Below, piece after piece: positions 57,010 through 64,000 of a stretch of 64,000 nucleotides of DNA. A program made the translations under genes and the position numbers. Positions within the stretch are counted from its first letter, which is position 1; each line of letters begins with the position of its first letter. The notes below the pieces were generated by a model. It worked only from the letters and a program-made list of their open reading frames with translations. It was not told where the DNA came from and searched no databases. The stretch is from Candidatus Latescibacterota bacterium. GTDB lineage: Bacteria; Latescibacterota; UBA2968. The DNA lies in contig OZ244960.1 of NCBI GenBank assembly GCA_965222605.1, positions 1,088,001 to 1,152,000 of the forward strand, given 5' to 3'.

Positions 57010-58035
57010 TTATCTGCGATCCAACATCTCTTCTGTCAGATTTGCCATATACTGCACCAGGGGAACGAGCCGTCCATAGGGCAATCGCGTTGGCCCAATA
57101 ATTCCAATAACACCCGACACATTGCCCACCGAATACGTAGAAGTCAGCAAACTGCAATCCTTGAGCGCAGGCGATTCGTGTTCATCGCCAATCGTGATAG
57201 AAATACCCGCATCGCGCGTGCGGTCACTCAACAAATGCGCCACGTATTCACGAGCTTCCAGCATGCCAATCAGCCCGGCCAGGCGTTCACTGGAAAAATC
57301 GGGCTGACCAAAAAAGTTGCGCGTGCCATCCATATGCAGATCGGCACTGCTCGGAAATCTGAATAGATGATCGGCACTATTGGCAAGCAAACGCAACAGC
57401 TTGGGAGACCCGGACGATGCAGACGCAAGCCGTTCTTTAACAGATGCCATAATCTCGCCTATCGTAAGCCCAGAAAGCCGCTGGTTGACCACCCGCCGCG
57501 TTTCTTTCAACTCATCCTCTTCAATTTCTGAGTCGATTTCGACAACCATAGTCTTGACCAGTCCAGACCGAATGGTCATCACCATCAGCAGCTTGGACTC
57601 GCTCAATTTAAGCATTTCTAAACGCTCAAAAATGCCCTGGGTGAATTGGGGTCCAAGTGCAATGCCCAGATTGTGCGATACATCGGCCAAAACTCTGGAC
57701 ACTTGTACCAGTAAATCGTCGGCGTTGCCCTCTCGCAAACGCTCAACACTATCCCGAATAGACCGCTGTGCAGCCTCGGCGAGTTCCTCCCGATTCATCA
57801 ACATATCGACATAGTACCGATACCCCTTATCGCTCGGCACTCTACCCGCCGAAGTATGAGGCTGATACAAATAGCCTTTTTCTTCGAGATCGGCCATCGA
57901 GTTGCGAATAGTTGCCGCGCTGAGTCCCAAATCCATCTTGGAAACTGTGCGCGACCCCACCGGCTCGCCTGTCGTGACATAAGTGCCAATCAAAATGTCG
58001 AGAATTGCTTTTTCCCGAGGTGTCAGTTCGGTCAT
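57010..58035 (-). CDS. hrcA: heat-inducible transcription repressor HrcA
   Basis: GEPVGSR, SAATIRNSMADLE, PHTSAGRVPSDKGYRYYVD, GIIGPTRLPY. Confidence 0.96.
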   Translation of the reverse strand: MTELTPREKAILDILIGTYVTTGEPVGSRTVSKMDLGLSAATIRNSMADLEEKGYLYQPHTSAGRVPSDKGYRYYVDMLMNREELAEAAQRSIRDSVERLREGNADDLLVQVSRVLADVSHNLGIALGPQFTQGIFERLEMLKLSESKLLMVMTIRSGLVKTMVVEIDSEIEEDELKETRRVVNQRLSGLTIGEIMASVKERLASASSGSPKLLRLLANSADHLFRFPSSADLHMDGTRNFFGQPDFSSERLAGLIGMLEAREYVAHLLSDRTRDAGISITIGDEHESPALKDCSLLTSTYSVGNVSGVIGIIGPTRLPYGRLVPLVQYMANLTEEMLDRR

Positions 58036-58118
58036 TGCGCGTCTCTCTTCACCTGGAAGAACAGAAAAAAATAGCCTATCCGCATTGATACAAACCGAAT
58101 ATGCGAAACAGTTTAGTT

Positions 58119-58147
58119 ATGATATAGGAAGACCCACCGATTGTCAA
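58119..58147 (-). promoter_or_regulatory. sigma70 promoter of hrcA
   Basis: Minus strand TTGACA-17 nt-TATCAT. Confidence 0.65.
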
Positions 58148-58155
58148 GCCCCATC

Positions 58156-58192
58156 AAAAAACGGGCTGGCCGACTTATCTGACCAACCCGTT
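58156..58192 (-). terminator. terminator of the upstream secreted-protein gene
   Basis: Minus strand AAACGGGTTGGTC...GGCCAGCCCGTTTTTT. Confidence 0.6.
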
Positions 58193-58222
58193 TCCGATCT
58201 CAGACATGCTTATTTTTTAATT

Positions 58223-59842
58223 TCAACCCACGGGCTTGCCAAAAGCATTGGCAAATATCAAAAAGTCTGAAAATGCGACTGTACCATCCCCGTCCAAATC
58301 AGCAGCAGCATTGTATCCCGGTCCCCCCTCGCTCGTGCCGAAAGCAGCGACAAAGAGCAAGAAATCGGAGAAATCGACATCCCCGTCACTATCCAGGTCA
58401 GCGCTGGGTGTCTGAGAAGGTGCCTGGCGTATCACGATTAAAGCTTGAATTGCGGTCTCGGAAAGAGGAACTCCGAGAAAGGAAACAGTATCACCCGCCA
58501 TCAGATCGGTAATAGGGAAAAAAAGTTTGGCGAGATCCTCAACATTGCCAGAAAAAAATATTGAGATAATATCCTCAACATTCGTCTGATCGAGGGTAAT
58601 CATCAGAGCCTGTGAGACATCCACGCGCACCTGCTGATCATTGCGTTGAATGAAAAACGAATTATTTTCCACATCTACACTTTGAACGCTCACCTCTCGA
58701 ATGTCAACGGGTTCCAGCTCCGTTTGCAGCATGACCTGTAAATCAGTTACACTGGCACCATCGACAACCTGAATCAGTGTCGAGGGATCAACCCCTCCCA
58801 TTATATTAATTCCCACAAAAGCACCTAACACAACCGTGTTTCCCTGTGCATCCATAACCTCTTGATTCAGAGCCAGTGCATAAGACCCATCCGGCACATG
58901 TTTCAACTCAAACGCCAGTTGTTCTGGGAAGGATTCCAATACACTGAGATTGGCAACGCGAACAATGGCACGCTCGAACGGGTCAGTTCCATCACTTTCC
59001 GTCAGAGCTTTTGAATATAATTCAGAATCAATCAGCACCGCTACACCAGGTGTATCGGACAACGTAACACCCTCGGGCAAAATACCCACGCCGGAAACAA
59101 CGGCATCTGAAAGTTCCACTGTGCCCAAAAAATACTGATGTAGTTCAGAAATATTTGGAATCGACTCGAAATCCGAAATGCCAATAAGCACCTGATAGGT
59201 CGTTCCCTCGGGCAAATTAACGCTGCCCTTCAGTTTCATGGGATCGCTGGTATCTGGTGCAATTGCAAACAATCCAATTGGAAATGAGGTGACAACCCCC
59301 ACATTTTCAATATTGATCCCCCCTGCTGGGTTAGGCGTTACCCCCTCTAAAGGGACATTAAATGTAATCTCAAACTGCTGCATCCCACTCGGCACGGGCG
59401 GATTCTTCACATCTTCCTGAAGCGTCACACCGCCAATCACAAACGAAGTCAAGGCAGGCATAATAGGTTGCTGTTGTACAAAACTATTGGGATCGCCGGG
59501 ATTTGTCACCTGAATGCTCGCATCTGTCATACCATCGCCATCCGGATCACCCAATTCCTGACCATTGGACACGCCATCGCCATCTGAGTCGAGCATTGCG
59601 AGCATGGCATTCCATTGAACGACGCCAGTGCGACCACTCGGCATGAGATAATTGTTCTCGATAGCCATACCAAAAGGCGTGCGAGGCCCACCTCCGCCTG
59701 GGTTCACATGGCACGAAGCGCACCCGAGCGCACGACCATTGGGTATCTGATCTACCCGCGCTGGACGGGCATCGGCCTGTCCCCATCCAATAAAAACAAT
59801 GACCAGGACAGCAAGCAATCTATAAGACTTTAATCGCGACAT
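58223..59842 (-). CDS. secreted protein: CxxCH/temptin-like N-terminus and C-terminal EF-hand/dockerin-like pair
   Basis: Signal peptide; CASCHVNPGGGGPRTPFG...DSDGDGVSNGQELGDP; DLDSDGDVDFSDFL and DLDGDGTVAFSDFL. RBS AGGAGG. Confidence 0.8.
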   Translation of the reverse strand: MSRLKSYRLLAVLVIVFIGWGQADARPARVDQIPNGRALGCASCHVNPGGGGPRTPFGMAIENNYLMPSGRTGVVQWNAMLAMLDSDGDGVSNGQELGDPDGDGMTDASIQVTNPGDPNSFVQQQPIMPALTSFVIGGVTLQEDVKNPPVPSGMQQFEITFNVPLEGVTPNPAGGINIENVGVVTSFPIGLFAIAPDTSDPMKLKGSVNLPEGTTYQVLIGISDFESIPNISELHQYFLGTVELSDAVVSGVGILPEGVTLSDTPGVAVLIDSELYSKALTESDGTDPFERAIVRVANLSVLESFPEQLAFELKHVPDGSYALALNQEVMDAQGNTVVLGAFVGINIMGGVDPSTLIQVVDGASVTDLQVMLQTELEPVDIREVSVQSVDVENNSFFIQRNDQQVRVDVSQALMITLDQTNVEDIISIFFSGNVEDLAKLFFPITDLMAGDTVSFLGVPLSETAIQALIVIRQAPSQTPSADLDSDGDVDFSDFLLFVAAFGTSEGGPGYNAAADLDGDGTVAFSDFLIFANAFGKPVG

Positions 59843-60195
59843 AAACAATCCTCCTGAAGAGGGTAATAAATGGAGACAACACGACGTTGCGTCTCATCTT
59901 CGGAAAATGTAGAGCATGTCCCATTGAAAGGCAACCGCTTTCTCAGTAAAAAAATTGTCTTGCAACTTATAGAGAAATGTTTATAATTGAACCTTGTTTT
60001 TTTATCATTTGTCTATAATTGGATCTTGTCTTAGGGGCATCATCGCCCGACTGTGTAACACATATTTAATACATGAGAAATCACGCTGAAACAAACACCA
60101 TCTATATTTCCTGCCGATATTTCGGGTCGGCAAACACTGCCGATCCTTTCATTTTTCAATACAGGCCACTTTTCTCACAATGAAAGGAGCAGAAT

Positions 60196-61614
60196 ATGGC
60201 CCAAACGCCACAAGACGTTCTTGCAATAATCGCAGATCAGGGCATTAAAGTTGTCGATATGCGCTTTACCGATTTTCCCGGTCACTGGCAGCATTTTACT
60301 ATTATGGCCTCCGAAATCGAAGAAGAAACCTTTGAAGATGGACTCGGCTTTGACGGATCCAGTATTCGCGGCTGGCAGGCCATCGACGAATCGGACATGC
60401 TCGTCATGCCCGATCCCGCCACGGCGTTTATCGATCCTTTCCTCGAAGAACCCACGCTCGTAATGATTTGTAATATTGCCGATCCCATCACCAAAAGCGG
60501 CTATTCGCGCGACCCGCGTTCGGTCGCCCAAAAAGCCGAAGCCTATTTGCAATCCACGGGCATTGGCGATACGGCATTCTTTGGTCCAGAAGCCGAATTT
60601 TTTGTTTTTGACGACGTGCGCTTCGGCGAAGGGTCAAACCACGCCTTTCACAGCGTGGATTCAATTGAAGGCTACTGGAATTCCGGCAGAGATGAAGGCC
60701 CCAACCTGGGTTACAAACCCCGCCATAAAGAAGGCTACTTCCCCGTGCCCCCCCACGACACGCTGCAAAATATACGCACGGAAATGGTGCTGACAATGGA
60801 AAGCGTTGGCATTGATATTGAAGTTCACCACCACGAAGTGGCAACTGGCGGTCAGGGCGAGATCGACATTAAGTTCTGTCCAATGGTCACATGCGCTGAC
60901 CGAATGGCATGGTATAAATACATTGTAAAAAACGTGGCGCTCAAACACGGTAAAACCGCCACCTTTATGCCCAAACCCCTTTTTGAAGACAATGGCACGG
61001 GCATGCACACGCATCAAAGCCTTTGGAATGGCGATGACCCCCTCTTTGCCGGATCGGGATACGCGGGCCTGAGCGAAATGGCTCTGCACTATATCGGTGG
61101 CATTCTCAAACATGCCGATGCACTGATTGCATTGACCAACCCGACCACCAACTCGTTTAAGCGTCTGGTGCCCGGGTATGAAGCCCCGGTCAATCTGGCC
61201 TATTCGCAGCGCAATCGCAGTGCTGCAGTACGCATCCCAATGTATTCTCAAAGTCCCAAATCCAAGCGCGTCGAATTTCGGTGTCCAGATCCAAGTGCCA
61301 ATCCCTATCTGGCTTTCGCGGCCATGTTGATGGCTGGCCTGGACGGCATACAAAACAAAATTGACCCGGGGGAACCACTCGACAAAAACCTCTACGACCT
61401 CGAACCCGAAGAAGCGGCATCCATTCCGCAGACACCGGGTTCACTGTCCGATGCCCTCGACGCACTGGAAGCAGATCACGACTTCTTGCTCAAGGGAGAT
61501 GTCTTTACCGACGACGTGATCGAAACATGGGTCGAATACAAGCGCGAAAATGAAGTTGACGCCATCAACCAGCGTCCCCATCCACACGAATTCGCTCTTT
61601 ACTACGATGTGTAA
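60196..61614 (+). CDS. glnA: glutamine synthetase type I
   Basis: [39 protein letters not shown], adenylylation-site-like NLYDL. Confidence 0.97.
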   Translation: MAQTPQDVLAIIADQGIKVVDMRFTDFPGHWQHFTIMASEIEEETFEDGLGFDGSSIRGWQAIDESDMLVMPDPATAFIDPFLEEPTLVMICNIADPITKSGYSRDPRSVAQKAEAYLQSTGIGDTAFFGPEAEFFVFDDVRFGEGSNHAFHSVDSIEGYWNSGRDEGPNLGYKPRHKEGYFPVPPHDTLQNIRTEMVLTMESVGIDIEVHHHEVATGGQGEIDIKFCPMVTCADRMAWYKYIVKNVALKHGKTATFMPKPLFEDNGTGMHTHQSLWNGDDPLFAGSGYAGLSEMALHYIGGILKHADALIALTNPTTNSFKRLVPGYEAPVNLAYSQRNRSAAVRIPMYSQSPKSKRVEFRCPDPSANPYLAFAAMLMAGLDGIQNKIDPGEPLDKNLYDLEPEEAASIPQTPGSLSDALDALEADHDFLLKGDVFTDDVIETWVEYKRENEVDAINQRPHPHEFALYYDV

Positions 61615-61640
61615 TATTTAAGTCGTTTTTAGTGACACAG

Positions 61641-61678
61641 AAAAGCAGGTGGTTGTATTCCGACCACCTGCTTTTTTT
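61641..61678. terminator. bidirectional intrinsic terminator
   Basis: AAAAGCAGGTGGTTG-TATTC-CGACCACCTGCTTTTTTT. Confidence 0.88.
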
Positions 61679-61700
61679 ACCTGTCCAGTCCCTGTCTCTC

Positions 61701-62489
61701 TCAATCCCTCAACTTCGTCTTCTCATCCCACCTCACCAGATCCAGATGTTTTTGTGAAAAGCCAACCGCATCCCGAACATCGGCACCGCGCATGTCGGCA
61801 TTGTCAAACTGGGCTTTGTAGAGATCGGTTTTTTGCATGCGGGCGCGCTGGAGATTGGCCTGGCGCAAATCCACTTTGACGAGATCGGCCTCCTGGAGCT
61901 TAGCACTTTGCAGGTTGGCCCCCTTCAAATTGGCATCGGTCAAATCCGATTTTCTGATGTCAGTTGTACGCAAGATGGCATTTTCGAAATCCACTTTGAC
62001 CAATATGGCCTCTGACAAATTGGCCTTGTAAAAATTCGCATTTTTGCATTTGGCCCCGCGCAAATTACACCCCACCAGTTTTGCTTCCTCAAAATTTGCG
62101 TTTTCCATATTTGCACCGCTAAGATCTGCCAATTCCAAATCAGCCGGCGATGCCTGCACGCCTTTCATATTCGCTTTTGTGAGGATCGCATTCTGCAAGA
62201 ACGCCCCGCTCAGATCAGCACCTTCGAGGTTTGCATCGCGCAAATTGGCCTGCAAAAGACGCGCGCGCTGTAAGTTGGCACCCGATAAATTGGCCCCCCG
62301 CAACTGCGCGCCACTGAGAATAGCTTCGCGCATATCGGCATGTTGTAATGCAGCATTTTGCAATTCTGCTCGGTTTAGATTTGCACCGGCCAGATCAGCG
62401 CGCGCTCCCTCTGTCCCATTGGACGCTATCCAGGCCTGATGTCGTGCAAGGATCTCGCGCACCTGTGCAGGTGAAAGAATTATAGGCAT
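61701..62489 (-). CDS. pentapeptide repeat protein
   Basis: Continuous A(D/N)Lxx repeats after ILARHQAWIASNGTEGARADL. Confidence 0.93.
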   Translation of the reverse strand: MPIILSPAQVREILARHQAWIASNGTEGARADLAGANLNRAELQNAALQHADMREAILSGAQLRGANLSGANLQRARLLQANLRDANLEGADLSGAFLQNAILTKANMKGVQASPADLELADLSGANMENANFEEAKLVGCNLRGAKCKNANFYKANLSEAILVKVDFENAILRTTDIRKSDLTDANLKGANLQSAKLQEADLVKVDLRQANLQRARMQKTDLYKAQFDNADMRGADVRDAVGFSQKHLDLVRWDEKTKLRD

Positions 62490-62505
62490 GTGATTTCTCC
62501 CTTCG

Positions 62506-63063
62506 CTAAATTCTGATGACTTCGTTTTCGGTTATGATCAAATCCATCTTCACATCGTGTGGCTCGGCAGGCACGCGATCTATGATCTGAAAACCATAAG
62601 ATAAACCGATTCGAACTGCTTCAGTCCGTACCAAAAAACGGTCATAATATCCACCACCCGATCCAATCCGATGGCCCAGGCGATCAAAAGCGATGCCGGG
62701 AATGAGGATCAGGTCAATAGTATGAGGTAACAGTACCATTTTGGGATTTGGAACCGGTTCGCGCAAGCCATAATGTACAGGCCGCAGATCGTTCAATCCC
62801 GCAATCGCTTGAAAATCCATGCCTCTATCTGCCCGTGTAACAGGTACTCCCACCTGCTTGCCGCTGCCGATTGCTTTTTGGATCACTGTTCTTGTATCCA
62901 CTTCATTTTTTATCGACACATAACAGGCAATGCACCGTGCAAGTTGGTATGCTGGCATATCGATCAACCGGCGATAAATACGCAAACTCTTCTCGCGAAC
63001 AGCTCGTTCGGGCATTTGGATACGCTCGGCGCGAAGGCGACGTTTCAGATCTGGCTTTGTCAT
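62506..63063 (-). CDS. ygfA: 5-formyltetrahydrofolate cyclo-ligase
   Basis: NEVDT, IDLILIPGIAFD, RIGSGGGYYDRFL, HDVKMDLIITE. Confidence 0.94.
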   Translation of the reverse strand: MTKPDLKRRLRAERIQMPERAVREKSLRIYRRLIDMPAYQLARCIACYVSIKNEVDTRTVIQKAIGSGKQVGVPVTRADRGMDFQAIAGLNDLRPVHYGLREPVPNPKMVLLPHTIDLILIPGIAFDRLGHRIGSGGGYYDRFLVRTEAVRIGLSYGFQIIDRVPAEPHDVKMDLIITENEVIRI

Positions 63064-63182
63064 AATAAGTTTCTCGCTTCTCGCTTGACTTTAATAAATT
63101 AAACTGTTAAAATTTCACAACATTTTTAATCATATTTTATCTGCATTTGGGCGGGCAAGTTGAATTTTTCATCGTTAATAAT

Positions 63183-64000
63183 ATGGAAGACACACACATG
63201 AACCACTCTCGCGGTTGTAATCAGCTTCAAGATAGGCTGAAAATGCGAGGCAACCTGCCGTCGCACATAGCAATAATAATGGATGGCAATGGACGGTGGG
63301 CGCAACTGCGAGATTTGCGCCGCACAGATGGGCATCGGTCTGCCCGCGAAACCGTGCGCGATATTGTGCGTGCCTGTGGCGAACTCGAAATAGACATTCT
63401 CACCCTGTTCACCTTTGGTACAGACAATTGGCGCCGGCCCTGGTCAGAAGTGTTATCACTGATGCAATTGTTGCGCGACTGTTCGCACGAAGAACTCAAT
63501 GAGTTGCAAGAAAACAACGTGCGCCTCATTGCAACGGGCGATACGGAACGGCTGGTCAAGCACTCGCGTAAAGCACTTAAAAATGCCATTCGCAAAACAG
63601 CTAACAACACGGGGCTTACGCTTAATCTCGCGTTGAGCTACGACGGTAAAAACGATATTCTTCAAGCCGTGCAAAGCATTGCTGTCGATGTCGCACAGGG
63701 ACGCATTTCAACAGACGCGATTGATGCCGATTTATTTTCCCAACGCCTTTATACAGGTAATTTGCCCGACCCCGATTTGTTAATCCGTACCAGCGGCGAA
63801 GTTCGCTTGAGTAATTTCATGCTCTGGCAGTGTGCTTACACCGAGTTCTGGTTTACAGATGTACTGTGGCCCGATTTTAAGCGCGAGCACCTCTACGAAG
63901 CCATCCACAGTTATCAAAACCGAGAACGTCGGTTTGGCAAAACAGGACTTCAATTGCGCGATGAAACGCTCGCAAGCGAAACCAATGGGTCTTCGGAGGA
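63183..64000 (+). CDS. uppS: undecaprenyl diphosphate synthase (3' end just beyond the window)
   Basis: Absent from the ORF track. Hand translation gives PSHIAIIMDGNGRWA, PDPDLLIRTSGEVRLSNFMLWQ, LWPDF, RERRFG. Start at 63183 or 63198. Confidence 0.93.
   Translation, partial: MEDTHMNHSRGCNQLQDRLKMRGNLPSHIAIIMDGNGRWAQLRDLRRTDGHRSARETVRDIVRACGELEIDILTLFTFGTDNWRRPWSEVLSLMQLLRDCSHEELNELQENNVRLIATGDTERLVKHSRKALKNAIRKTANNTGLTLNLALSYDGKNDILQAVQSIAVDVAQGRISTDAIDADLFSQRLYTGNLPDPDLLIRTSGEVRLSNFMLWQCAYTEFWFTDVLWPDFKREHLYEAIHSYQNRERRFGKTGLQLRDETLASETNGSSE

Noticed and set aside
56960-57010. IscB/HEARO-type RNA on the minus strand
   Set aside because: The sequence fits a TnpB-type right end on the + strand better, and no iscB ORF is adjacent.
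60050-60075. GlnR/TnrA or NtcA box before glnA
   Set aside because: TGTAACACATATTTAATACA does not fit TGTNA-N7-TNACA or GTA-N8-TAC spacing.
63064-63182. 6S RNA expected upstream of 5-formyl-THF cyclo-ligase
   Set aside because: The gap is only about 120 bp, AT-rich, and must hold divergent promoters; no long hairpin is seen.

Overview
Bacterial chromosomal window of roughly 50% GC (estimated by eye). Gene content suggests a marine, probably sponge-associated FCB-type heterotroph such as Latescibacterota or Gemmatimonadota; this is inference from a GWxTD protein, EF-hand/dockerin-tagged secreted proteins, an internalin-like LRR protein, and expanded enolase-superfamily, Gfo/Idh/MocA, PhyH, Ldh_2 and sulfatase genes. 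Core genes: fbaB, mazG, dppA/B/C, an M16 peptidase pair, lysine riboswitch-dapA-dapB-transaldolase-like, hrcA-grpE-dnaJ (no dnaK), glnA, 5-formyl-THF cyclo-ligase and uppS. Accessory patches: (i) about 4.2-12.6 kb, with a TA pair, AT-rich ABC permease, frameshifted IS1182, tyrosine-recombinase remnants and an AAA-PD-(D/E)XK nuclease; (ii) 31.8-33.8 kb, with hicB and a convergent methyltransferase/endonuclease pair; (iii) 37.9-43.3 kb, with the LRR protein, an MNT-HEPN fusion, higA and gene fragments lying between dppA and dppB. No rRNA, tRNA or CRISPR array was seen. Most notable: a protein-free IS200/IS605-type mini-element between grpE and hrcA with its own sigma70 promoter and about 270 nt of stacked hairpins (candidate stand-alone omega-RNA); a switch-like glnA leader; duplicated integrase tails bracketing cargo genes; an integrase-arm/degenerate-nuclease fusion with a palindromic operator; and a temptin-like CxxCH secreted protein.
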